Part shown: positions 18,106-26,332 of the stretch, piece after piece
Position numbering within the stretch: position 1 is the stretch's first letter
How the letters are laid out: the number at the start of each line of letters is the position of its first letter
Assembly: GCA_021817125.1 (NCBI GenBank)
Contig: JAKAWC010000003.1
Span: 1-57,650, forward strand
Direction of reading: 5' to 3'
Source: Candidatus Micrarchaeota archaeon
GTDB lineage: Archaea > Micrarchaeota > Micrarchaeia > Micrarchaeales > CABMGC01
DNA length: 57,650 nt
Position numbers and translations under genes: made by a program
Notes under the pieces: generated by a model
Databases searched by the model: none
What the model was told of the DNA's origin: nothing
Seen by the model: only the letters and a program-made list of their open reading frames with translations

Positions 18106-18861
18106 TCAACGCCTCAGCATGGGGAACTTGCGCATGTACGCCTCAGCCTGGAAGATTATGAAGTAGGGTAGCACGAAGAGCGAGTTGACCACCAGCAGAA
18201 TGTACTGCGAGAAGAGCGTCCCCGAGAGCGCTATGAGTACGAAGTCGAGCACCGATACGGTCACCGTTATCAGCGTGAGCCAGAGCATGAAGTACTGCGG
18301 CGCTCCGGCCATGAGCTTTGCGCTGTCCTTGACCGCGCGCCAGATCCTCTTGTCGTCAACGACTATCGCGCTGGGTGCGTAGAAAATGAGAGCGAATCCG
18401 AAGAAGCCCACAACCGCGGTCAGCATGTCGCTCACCCCCAGGTAGTAGCCTACGATGTTCGTCACGGCGAGCACAATCATGTATGCGAGCAGCACCGTGA
18501 AGACCTTCGCCGTGTATCCCTCTATGCCGCGCATCACCTTTCCCGGAGTCTTGACGTGGGTCTTCTCCGCCTTGACTATCAGGCTTATCGCCACGAACGC
18601 GAAGCTTATGAAGAGGAGCGAGAGCACTATGCCCAGAACTATGACCGCGAGGCTCGTCACGCTGAGGTTCACGAATATCGATGCGCTGCGCAGGAAGATC
18701 GCGCCGGCGCTTATGTATGTTGGCAGCGGAGCGAGCGCGGGTATCGCGAAGGCGATGATAAATGGTATCGAGAAGAGCAGCACGAGGCTGATGTGCTCCT
18801 TGTACGTCTCCCATGTGCTCTCTACAATGCTGGCCATAGTGAGCTCTGTATGTGCATTCAA
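18106..18861 (-). CDS. Polytopic (~6 TM) membrane protein of unknown function
   Basis: 251-aa hydrophobic ORF; YAPSAIVVDDKRIWRAVKDS motif typical of a widespread uncharacterised membrane family. Confidence 0.75.
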   Translation of the reverse strand: MNAHTELTMASIVESTWETYKEHISLVLLFSIPFIIAFAIPALAPLPTYISAGAIFLRSASIFVNLSVTSLAVIVLGIVLSLLFISFAFVAISLIVKAEKTHVKTPGKVMRGIEGYTAKVFTVLLAYMIVLAVTNIVGYYLGVSDMLTAVVGFFGFALIFYAPSAIVVDDKRIWRAVKDSAKLMAGAPQYFMLWLTLITVTVSVLDFVLIALSGTLFSQYILLVVNSLFVLPYFIIFQAEAYMRKFPMLRR

Positions 18862-18888
18862 GTAATAAAAAGATATGCCCTCAGTGCC

Positions 18889-20775
18889 TCAGTGCACCGC
18901 CGCGGTGATGTAGACGTCCTGTGCGTTGTAGATGAGCGATGCGACGTCAGAGATGCGCTTGGTCTTGTTCGGCCACGCCAAGGTCACTAAGGTGTCATAC
19001 CTGCCTGTGCCGTTGAGCACCATCCTGTTGACATTGACCTTGCAGATATCCTCGCTGCACTGCGCCTTCGCGCCGGGAATCACGCTCTCGTTTATGATGC
19101 CTCTGAAGTTCATGCCACCAGTGTCGAGCTCGACAGGGATGAGATAGACAGTGTCGTTGTTCAGGCTGCCGTACCTTATGTGCAGCTCGTAGCTGGACGA
19201 GTTCGTCGCGTTGTTGATGGTGAAGTTGCTCTCGTATGCGGATACCCCGAAGCGGTCCGCATACTGCATATGCGAGACGTATATCAGCGCCGCGGCAGTC
19301 ACCACGATGAGCGCCATCGGTGCGCAGAGCAGGACCGGTCTCTCCTTCATGAGCCTGCCTATCTTCCCGATGCCCGCAAACTTCTCCTTCGCCGCGAGGA
19401 CGAAGAGGAATACGAAGATGAACGAGAAATAATACGTATCGAGCCCGCGGGACATGAAGAAGAGCGGTATTATGGAAAAGATTGGTATGAGCTCTTTCCT
19501 GTTGGTGCGCAGGAGCACCAGCACGAGCGCCATGGTTGCGAGCCCGAAGAGTAGCGTATACAGCCCGCCTAGCGTTGTGCCAACGCCTGTGGCGATGAAG
19601 TAGCCTATAGGCGAGGTGGGGTTGGGTATCAACACCTGATTTAGCGGCGTGATCACCGAATAAAGGTACGCACCTGGGTTCATCGCTATGAAGTACCCGT
19701 TGAAGACCAGGAAGACGGCAAGCGTACCTACGGCATTCCTCAGCCCTGCCCCGATGCCCTGATTGTTGAGCGAGTACGCCAGCAGGAATATGACCGGGAG
19801 CCAGAGCTCCTCCTGCATGGATGCGCATACTCCGAGCAGGATGAACGAGTACTTCCGGTCTATCTTGAAGTACGCGAGCAGCAGCACCGCGAACATCAGG
19901 TAGGCCGCTATGGATGCGATGAACCTCATCAGTATCGCCAGCACGAAGAGCATGGCGAAGTTCGGCGTAAGGTTCTTGCGCCCCGACAGGTAGGCCACAG
20001 TGAGCAGCAGTATGAAGAGGAGCACCACCGTCTCGACTTTGAGGTCGTAGCCAAGCAGGCCCGCCAGCGTTGGCGGCCCTATAAAGTAGAATGGGAGAAA
20101 CGTAAGGAAGTAAAGCGACGGATAGTCCATGACGCTCACTATGTTGTTGTTAAGGGTGACTGATACGCCGACTGTGGTGGCGTTGGAGAAGAGACTGTTG
20201 AAGACAGACGCGGTGTACGGGTCCTGCCCGTGCAGTATGCTCTGCACCGCAGTGTAGGAGAGATAGACCTCATCGTCGATCTTGTACTCGGTGAAGATAT
20301 ATCCAGAGAAGTAGTAGAACAGAAGCAGCGCCAGCAGACCGGCCATGAGCGTGCATCCGAGCAGTCTCGCATTCCTGCCCTTCCTGCATGCGAAGTATAC
20401 CCCGAAGAACGCCAGGAAGAATGCCGGGAGGAACAGTATGAAGTAGAAACCCGAGTTGTCGAAGAGGCCGAGGGCGCTCTGGAGCAGGTGTCCGGACACT
20501 TCCGGAGCAATGCCGTAATACGCGACGAACAAGACCGCGAACAGCAGGAAGAGCGCGTGGAGCGCGTTGCTGTAGAAGCCGCCCCTCGCCGCCGCGTCTA
20601 TCCTCAGCACGTAGAGCACCGAGAACGCCACGAAGAGCAGCGTTGCCAGGATGTATGCCCCAAGCAGGCCGTCTGTGGAGAAGTATATGTAGAGTGCGCC
20701 AGTGGACATGGCTATGAAGCCGAGAAGCACCACTAGGAGCTCAGCGTAATGCAGGCTCTGCCTGGAGAATCGCAT
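18889..20775 (-). CDS. GT-C fold membrane glycosyltransferase (GT87/DUF2029-like)
   Basis: DDE...A...ILHGQDPY...DYPSLYFL extracellular loop, LGVCASMQEELW, many TMs. Confidence 0.65.
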   Translation of the reverse strand: MRFSRQSLHYAELLVVLLGFIAMSTGALYIYFSTDGLLGAYILATLLFVAFSVLYVLRIDAAARGGFYSNALHALFLLFAVLFVAYYGIAPEVSGHLLQSALGLFDNSGFYFILFLPAFFLAFFGVYFACRKGRNARLLGCTLMAGLLALLLFYYFSGYIFTEYKIDDEVYLSYTAVQSILHGQDPYTASVFNSLFSNATTVGVSVTLNNNIVSVMDYPSLYFLTFLPFYFIGPPTLAGLLGYDLKVETVVLLFILLLTVAYLSGRKNLTPNFAMLFVLAILMRFIASIAAYLMFAVLLLAYFKIDRKYSFILLGVCASMQEELWLPVIFLLAYSLNNQGIGAGLRNAVGTLAVFLVFNGYFIAMNPGAYLYSVITPLNQVLIPNPTSPIGYFIATGVGTTLGGLYTLLFGLATMALVLVLLRTNRKELIPIFSIIPLFFMSRGLDTYYFSFIFVFLFVLAAKEKFAGIGKIGRLMKERPVLLCAPMALIVVTAAALIYVSHMQYADRFGVSAYESNFTINNATNSSSYELHIRYGSLNNDTVYLIPVELDTGGMNFRGIINESVIPGAKAQCSEDICKVNVNRMVLNGTGRYDTLVTLAWPNKTKRISDVASLIYNAQDVYITAAVH

Positions 20776-20812
20776 AAAAAGAAAAGGAATAAAAGAAATT
20801 TAAAGTGCTTTA

Positions 20813-21169
20813 TCAGCAGGTCGGTGTGGCTATCTGCGTTCCGCCGAATCCCACTACAAGGCTGACCACGTACGGCGCAAGGAGGACCAGGATTATTCCT
20901 ATGATTCCACCGAGTACCATTCCCATAGACCATCCCTGTAGGTTGCCCTTTATCTGACCCGCAGTAGGCAGGAAGTGCGCTACCGCGTAGAGCACGCCAC
21001 CAATTATGAACAGCACGAGCGCAAGGACGCCGATCACTCCCCTGACGTCTCCGACGAGTACGCAGAGCTGCGATGATACAGCGGCTACCTGGGCGCCTAC
21101 TATTGGTGTTATAATGCTTCCGAGTACTGCCAGATAAAACAGAGTCTGGAGTTGTCTTGCTATATTCAT
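20813..21169 (-). CDS. VirB2/CedA1-like pilin, copy A
   Basis: Signal-like N-terminus ending VGA-Q, two hydrophobic helices split by a short basic loop; GGTG RBS before ATG 21169 (ORF track extends to 21196). Confidence 0.72.
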   Translation of the reverse strand: MNIARQLQTLFYLAVLGSIITPIVGAQVAAVSSQLCVLVGDVRGVIGVLALVLFIIGGVLYAVAHFLPTAGQIKGNLQGWSMGMVLGGIIGIILVLLAPYVVSLVVGFGGTQIATPTC

Positions 21170-21273
21170 ATTTACACCGTATTTTTCGTTTATCATATAA
21201 CGAAGCCCCTTTTTATACCTTTCTTTTGCGGCATCAGAGCCAGGTACTCGGGCGCTTCATCTCTTGGTGACGG

Positions 21274-21627
21274 TCAGCAGCCGACCGGCGCTAGAGTATT
21301 GCCCCCGAAACCTATTATCATGTTTATGGCGAACGGAGCGATGAGCACAAGCACCACGCCTATTATGCCGCCGAGTACCATTCCCATAGACCATCCCTGC
21401 AGGTTCTGCTTTATCTGCCCGGCCTGCGGTAGGAAATGACCGACAGCGTAGAGCGCGCCGCCTATTATGAACAGCACGAGCGCAAGGAGCCCGATGAGCG
21501 CCCTGACTATGCCCACGATGTTGCAGAGGTCGCTGCTTATCGCGGCCACCTGCGCGTTGGCAACAGAGGCGACGTACAGGAGAAGGAATGCCGCATAGAG
21601 TATTATCTGGTGGTTCGTATTTTTCAT
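21274..21627 (-). CDS. VirB2/CedA1-like pilin, copy B
   Basis: Same architecture; shares LALVLFIIGG.LYAV.HFLP.AGQIK.NLQGWSMGMVLGGIIG with copy A; GGTG RBS. Confidence 0.72.
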   Translation of the reverse strand: MKNTNHQIILYAAFLLLYVASVANAQVAAISSDLCNIVGIVRALIGLLALVLFIIGGALYAVGHFLPQAGQIKQNLQGWSMGMVLGGIIGVVLVLIAPFAINMIIGFGGNTLAPVGC

Positions 21628-21696
21628 AGATGCACCGTGTGTGGTACTATGTGCCCAGATATTATTATATAGGTTGCGCAGATTGTACGGTTTTCA

Positions 21697-22611
21697 TCAG
21701 TTCTCGAGAGACGCCACGAGCCCGTCTATTATCCCGTTGACGCCTATGCCTCCCGTCGACCTCACAGCTATCCGGTGGCTGAGCACCGGCCTGGCGAGCC
21801 ACTTCACGTCGTCTATGGTGCATGCCTTCCTGCCCTCTATGAGCGCCTTAGCCTTTGCGCACTTCATGAACGCGATGTCCGCCCTGGGGCTTCCGCCCAT
21901 GACTACGTGTATGTCGGTCCTAGAGAGCCCTACTATCTGGGTGATGTACTTGACCACGTCGTCTGGCATCTGTATGCCCTTTGCGTCATTCTGCATCTGG
22001 ATTATATCCGCAGTGGTGGCCACCTTCTTCACCTCTATCTTTTCCTCCCTCTCCTTTATGCGGAGCATGTTCTGCTCCTCCTCCATCGACGGGTATTTCA
22101 CCTCGATGCGGATGAGGAACCTGTCGGCCAGCACCTTCGGGATCGGGACGGTCCCCTCTATGTTGAGCGGATTCTGGGTCGCGAACGCTATGAACGGAGG
22201 GGGTATCTTCATGGTCTCCGTGCCCGTGGTCACCTGCTTCTCCTCCAGCGTCTCCAGGAGGCCGTTCATCGTCTTGGGCGCAGCCCTGTTCAGCTCGTCA
22301 GCGAGCAGTATGTTCGTGAAGACCGGTCCACGCTTGAACTTCACCTTCCCGTCCTGTTCGTCCATGTAGGTGTAGCCGTTTATGTCCCGCAGGTCGAGGT
22401 CGCCGGTGCACTGGATCCTCTTGAACTCTGCCTGGAGTATTGAGGCGAGCGTCTTCGTCGTGGTCGTCTTGGCCGTTCCTGGGACCCCTTCCAGCAGCGC
22501 ATGGCCGTCAGCTACGAGCGCGATGACCAGAAGCTCCATTACGTCCGTCTTTCCAGCTATGTGCTTCTTCATCTCCTGCAGGACGGCCCCATAAATCTCG
22601 CTCGCGTTCAA
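21697..22611 (-). CDS. moxR: MoxR-family AAA+ ATPase
   Basis: GHALLEGVPGTAKT, FKRIQCT, GPVFTNILLADELNRA, ATQNP, DRF, GGSPRA; probable TTG start at 22611. Confidence 0.92.
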   Translation of the reverse strand: MNASEIYGAVLQEMKKHIAGKTDVMELLVIALVADGHALLEGVPGTAKTTTTKTLASILQAEFKRIQCTGDLDLRDINGYTYMDEQDGKVKFKRGPVFTNILLADELNRAAPKTMNGLLETLEEKQVTTGTETMKIPPPFIAFATQNPLNIEGTVPIPKVLADRFLIRIEVKYPSMEEEQNMLRIKEREEKIEVKKVATTADIIQMQNDAKGIQMPDDVVKYITQIVGLSRTDIHVVMGGSPRADIAFMKCAKAKALIEGRKACTIDDVKWLARPVLSHRIAVRSTGGIGVNGIIDGLVASLEN

Positions 22612-22699
22612 GCATTTCCCTCTCGTCAAGACAGTATATACACGATACAAAAGCTTAATAATACTTACAGCCCATAAGATACGTATTCTAGGTGCAAAA

Positions 22700-23038
22700 A
22701 TGATAGGAAAGAGTAGTTCTGACGCTGCAGTAGTCACTATGCCGGAAGTGCTGGAGATACTCGAAGCCAGGAAGAAGGGCGGAGAGCTCGGATACGAGCA
22801 GCAGCTCGCTTACGATTACGTCAAGAAGTTCACCAAGATCAGCGAGGCTGATGCCAAGAAGATGAGGAAGGAGATCGAGGAGCTCGAGCTCAGCCCAAAG
22901 GTCGCCGCCAAGGTGGTGGACATAATGCCACTGGACCAGATCCAGTTGAGGCAGGCTCTAATCCTCGAGAAGAAGACCGTTGCCGACGATGTGGTCGTGA
23001 AGGTCATGGTTATAGTGGAGAAGTACAGGGGGAAGTAA
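22700..23038 (+). CDS. rpo4: RNA polymerase subunit Rpo4 (RpoF)
   Basis: MIGK...EV.EIL...ELGYEQQLAYDY..KF..., KVVDIMP; adjacent to DUF655. Confidence 0.92.
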   Translation: MIGKSSSDAAVVTMPEVLEILEARKKGGELGYEQQLAYDYVKKFTKISEADAKKMRKEIEELELSPKVAAKVVDIMPLDQIQLRQALILEKKTVADDVVVKVMVIVEKYRGK

Positions 23039-23063
23039 ACGCGGCGCGTGCCGGGGTGCTCTG

Positions 23064-23660
23064 ATGGAGAGGGATCAACGAAAGGGGGATTTGGAGGAGT
23101 ACGCTGTCGTACTGGACTACCTGCCTACCGGCAGGTCGTTCGCAGCCAAGTCTGAGCCGCTGGTCCAACTGATAGGGGAGAACAAGTTCACGCTCCTAGA
23201 AGCAATTCCAAAGGGCACAGACCTCCGGGTCATGGAGCGCGTCTACATAGGGAAGGGCGAGCGCGACAAGATATCGCTCATCAAGTCAAGGATACCATAC
23301 GAAGAGCTTACAGAGGGCTCGAAGAAGGAGGTGTACAATGTCATCTATGAGGTTATCAAGAAGAATGAGCCCAGGTTCGTAGATCTCTTCAACACCGCAT
23401 CGCCGCTCAACATACGGATGCACTCGCTCGAGCTTCTGCCAGGAGTTGGCAAGAAGCATCTCGATGCGATACTCAAGGCCAGGGACGAGAAGAGGTTCGA
23501 GTCTTTCGCCGACATAGCCGCCCGTGTGCCGCTCCTGCAGGACCCTGTAAAGCTGCTGGCGGAACGCGTGCTCATGGAGCTCAAGGGCGAGTCCAGATTC
23601 TACGTCCTTTCGCGACCGTACTCTACGCACCAGGAGGAGCGCGGAGGAATGCACAGATAG
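23064..23660 (+). CDS. DUF655 putative nucleic-acid-binding protein
   Basis: EEYAVVLDYLP, QLIGENKFTLLE, RMHSLELLPGVGKK (HhH). Confidence 0.92.
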   Translation: MERDQRKGDLEEYAVVLDYLPTGRSFAAKSEPLVQLIGENKFTLLEAIPKGTDLRVMERVYIGKGERDKISLIKSRIPYEELTEGSKKEVYNVIYEVIKKNEPRFVDLFNTASPLNIRMHSLELLPGVGKKHLDAILKARDEKRFESFADIAARVPLLQDPVKLLAERVLMELKGESRFYVLSRPYSTHQEERGGMHR

Positions 23661-23668
23661 GTATTACC

Positions 23669-24244
23669 ATGGCGAGCGGCGATATAGAAATCGAGATCAA
23701 ACTGCCGCTGAAGAACGCCGACACGGTGCGTACATTCCTCAATAAGAACGGCACCTCCCCAAAGAGCAGCTCCCAGAAGGATACCTACTACAACCATCCG
23801 GGCAGGGATTTCCTCCTGCCGAAGCATCCGTTCGAGTGGCTCAGGATACGGGAGACTGCACGCACTGCGTCGATAACATACAAGCACTACAGGCCTGACG
23901 GCGCAGAGGTCCACGACTATGCCGACGAGTTCGAGACCAAGCTCGAGAAACCAGCGCAGATGCACAAGATACTCCTCAACCTGGGCTTCAGGGAGATAGC
24001 AGTGGTCGACAAGAGCAGGGATACGTGGGAGTTCAGGGATGTGGAAGTGGCCTTAGATGACGTGAACGGCATAGGTCAGTTCATAGAGGCAGAGTCGCTG
24101 AAACAGTTCCCAGATCCAAAGGAGGGGAGACGATATCTGTTCGCCATCGTAAAGGAGATAGGCGCAGAGTGCGGACCGGAAGAGACATATGGTTACCCTT
24201 ACATGGTCCTGGCGAAGAAGGGGCACAAGTTCAACCGAGGATAA
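23669..24244 (+). CDS. cyaB: CYTH-domain (class IV adenylate cyclase-like) protein
   Basis: EIEIK, QKDTYY.HP, WLRIR, ITYK, VDKSR, LDDVNGIGQFIEAE. Confidence 0.88.
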   Translation: MASGDIEIEIKLPLKNADTVRTFLNKNGTSPKSSSQKDTYYNHPGRDFLLPKHPFEWLRIRETARTASITYKHYRPDGAEVHDYADEFETKLEKPAQMHKILLNLGFREIAVVDKSRDTWEFRDVEVALDDVNGIGQFIEAESLKQFPDPKEGRRYLFAIVKEIGAECGPEETYGYPYMVLAKKGHKFNRG

Positions 24245-24276
24245 TGACTGCAGGTTCATTCTTAGTAAGTGATTTG

Positions 24277-24516
24277 ATGGGAAACAATAAAGAAATCGTC
24301 AAGATGTTCTCGAAGCAGCTCACCGCTCTTATAACGACCGCATTCGGTCTGGTGGCGGCGCTCGCGTGGAACACAGCAATACAGAGCCTGTTCCAGACGC
24401 TCTTCGGCAGCACGACCGCGCTGGTCCCGATGTTCTCGTATGCGCTCCTGGTGACTTTGATCGCCATAGTGGCAATATACTACGTATCCAAGCTTGATGC
24501 AAAGATCAACACGTGA
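24277..24516 (+). CDS. DUF5654-like small membrane protein
   Basis: LITTAFGLVAALAWNTAIQSLF...YALLVT motif. Confidence 0.8.
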   Translation: MGNNKEIVKMFSKQLTALITTAFGLVAALAWNTAIQSLFQTLFGSTTALVPMFSYALLVTLIAIVAIYYVSKLDAKINT

Positions 24517-24609
24517 TGCGCAGGGGCGCAGTGCCAGCGCCACACCAATCGACGTTGGCACCTGGAACCTTTTTAGTCCCTCCCATCGTTGTCTAGACAA
24601 GGTGGTCTT

Positions 24610-24783
24610 ATGGCAATGGATGGAAAAACAAAAGGAATGGTATCGAAGGGAGCAGGAATCCTGATAATCCTGCTGGATCTGTACTGGATATATACCGGGC
24701 CTGGATTCGGAACGTCCATGTTCGCGATAGTCGGATACATAATCCTGCTGCTGTCGCTGGTCTGGCTCTGGGCAGACATGTAA
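24610..24783 (+). CDS. Small 2-TM membrane protein
   Basis: GGTGG RBS then MAMDGKTK...; two hydrophobic helices. Confidence 0.6.
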   Translation: MAMDGKTKGMVSKGAGILIILLDLYWIYTGPGFGTSMFAIVGYIILLLSLVWLWADM

Positions 24784-24801
24784 ACTTCTTGCAAGAAGTT
24801 T
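24782..24801. repeat. Perfect 20-bp palindrome AAACTTCTTGCAAGAAGTTT (dispersed element copy 1)
   Basis: Read directly; near-identical copy at 28076-28098. Confidence 0.75.
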
Positions 24802-24817
24802 GCTCAAGAACCGGTGT

Positions 24818-24842
24818 GTGGCTTATCGAGCCACCTTTTTTT
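24818..24842 (+). terminator. Hairpin plus T-tract, terminator-like
   Basis: GTGGCT-TATCG-AGCCAC then CTTTTTTT. Confidence 0.45.
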
Positions 24843-24955
24843 ATTTTACCTTCTTCTTACAGGTACCATACGCCCCGACAGGGCGCACCGCCGGCTTGCG
24901 CCCTCCCCCGAGATGGAAGACTGGCTGTCGCTATGCGACATTAAAAAAGTCAGGA

Positions 24956-25243
24956 TCACGGCTTGTTCAGGTGCATCTGGGGGACGATTATCGTCCTCTT
25001 CGTGTACTTCGAGACGTTGAACTGGACAACGTACGAGCCGCCCCTCTTCTCGATCACCGTAGCCACCTGCCCCCTGTACCTCGGGTGTGGTATGTTCCTG
25101 AAGTTGGACTTCGGCACGATGACTACCTTGTCGCCGACCTCGAAGCTCTTGATGAGTTGGCTTATGCCTAACCTTGACGGCTTGTGGTGCCTCGCCAAGT
25201 TGCGGGTCCTGCCTATGAACGTGCCGTGTGAACGCTGGGTCAT
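24956..25243 (-). CDS. rpl21e: 50S ribosomal protein L21e
   Basis: MTQRSHG...TR..L...FEVGDKVVI...PHPRYRGQVATVIEKRGGSYVV...IIVPQMHL. Confidence 0.93.
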   Translation of the reverse strand: MTQRSHGTFIGRTRNLARHHKPSRLGISQLIKSFEVGDKVVIVPKSNFRNIPHPRYRGQVATVIEKRGGSYVVQFNVSKYTKRTIIVPQMHLNKP

Positions 25244-25331
25244 GCTAGTCACTAATAAAACGATAGCAAGTGAGTATTGGACTACCAATATCTAAATACC
25301 TTTCAGTCTTATTTAAATAGGGGTTTTATAA

Positions 25332-25652
25332 ATGGCAAAGCGAAAGATAGTGCTCCATCCTGATTTCAAAATTGAGAACATAGTCGCCAGCGCCGACCTT
25401 GGCGTTGACCTCGACCTGTATGGGATAGCCAAGGACTCTACCGACGTCGACTACGAGCCGGAGCAGTTCCCCGGAGCGATATGCAAGATACACGACCCCA
25501 AGACCGCGCTTCTGCTGTTCAAGAACGGAAAGATAATCTGCACCGGGGCGAAGACCGAGGCCGACATAAGGCGCGCCATCGACCAGGTGATAAAGGTTGT
25601 CAGGCATCATATCCTAGAAGTGCAGTCGGTAGACGATGTGAAGAAGAAGTAA
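25332..25652 (+). CDS. TATA-binding-protein-like protein with only one TBP repeat
   Basis: IENIVASADL...LDL...YEPEQFPG...PKTALLLFKNGKIICTGAK; 106 aa, a single repeat. Confidence 0.85.
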   Translation: MAKRKIVLHPDFKIENIVASADLGVDLDLYGIAKDSTDVDYEPEQFPGAICKIHDPKTALLLFKNGKIICTGAKTEADIRRAIDQVIKVVRHHILEVQSVDDVKKK

Positions 25653-25655
25653 CTC

Positions 25656-26291
25656 TCATATCCTGGTCCTTACGTATCTATAGAGCAGGTACATCGCGAG
25701 CGCGAAGGCTGCGGCTGCAAACGATGTCACGTATATGTTCGTCATCAGGGCGTAGTATCCGAATCCCACTAGGACTACCTCCCAGATTACGACACCTGCA
25801 ATGGAGTACATATAGAACTTGTCGATGGGCATCATGGCAAAGCCCGCCGGGAAGTTGATGAATCCCCTGACGACCGGCAGCATCCTTGATATGAATACCG
25901 TTATGGGCCCGTTCCTATAGAACCACGCGTCGAACCTCTCGAGCTGCGCCTTCTTGATGTGGAAGAACTGGAGATGGGTGTAGATGACCTCCTTCTCGAA
26001 GAAGTAAGCCAGATAGTAGTCGATGCCCATGCCGATTATGCTGCCCGCGAGCGCGACGAGCAGCGCCACCACCACATTGATGTCCCCCTGTGCAGCGAAG
26101 TATCCTATGGCGGGTAGCACCATCTCGCTGGGTATCGGTAATGACGCAGATTCGAGAATCATCAATAGGAATATGGCAACGTAGCTGTACGCTCCTATAA
26201 AACCCGCTATTGACGCGTAGCTGCCGTGGAACAAGGCGAGCAGGTCTGCGACAATGTCCATCAGGATAAAGAACATGCTACAATACGGCAA
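25656..26291 (-). CDS. DedA-family membrane protein
   Basis: LESASLPIPSE, VFISRMLPVVRGFINFPAG; true start may be a downstream Met. Confidence 0.92.
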   Translation of the reverse strand: MPYCSMFFILMDIVADLLALFHGSYASIAGFIGAYSYVAIFLLMILESASLPIPSEMVLPAIGYFAAQGDINVVVALLVALAGSIIGMGIDYYLAYFFEKEVIYTHLQFFHIKKAQLERFDAWFYRNGPITVFISRMLPVVRGFINFPAGFAMMPIDKFYMYSIAGVVIWEVVLVGFGYYALMTNIYVTSFAAAAFALAMYLLYRYVRTRI

Positions 26292-26332
26292 CTCATCCTT
26301 TTAAGCGTTATCCGTGAATTAGATACGAGCCC

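Noticed and set aside
2397-22611. Integrated conjugative plasmid/ICE interpretation
   Set aside because: No relaxase, coupling protein, integrase, replication gene or flanking att repeats seen; composition is host-like and the flanks are core genes.
22612-22737. N-terminal extension of MoxR in the ORF track
   Set aside because: It overlaps rpo4 and the divergent AT-rich promoter; a TTG start near 22611 is more plausible.
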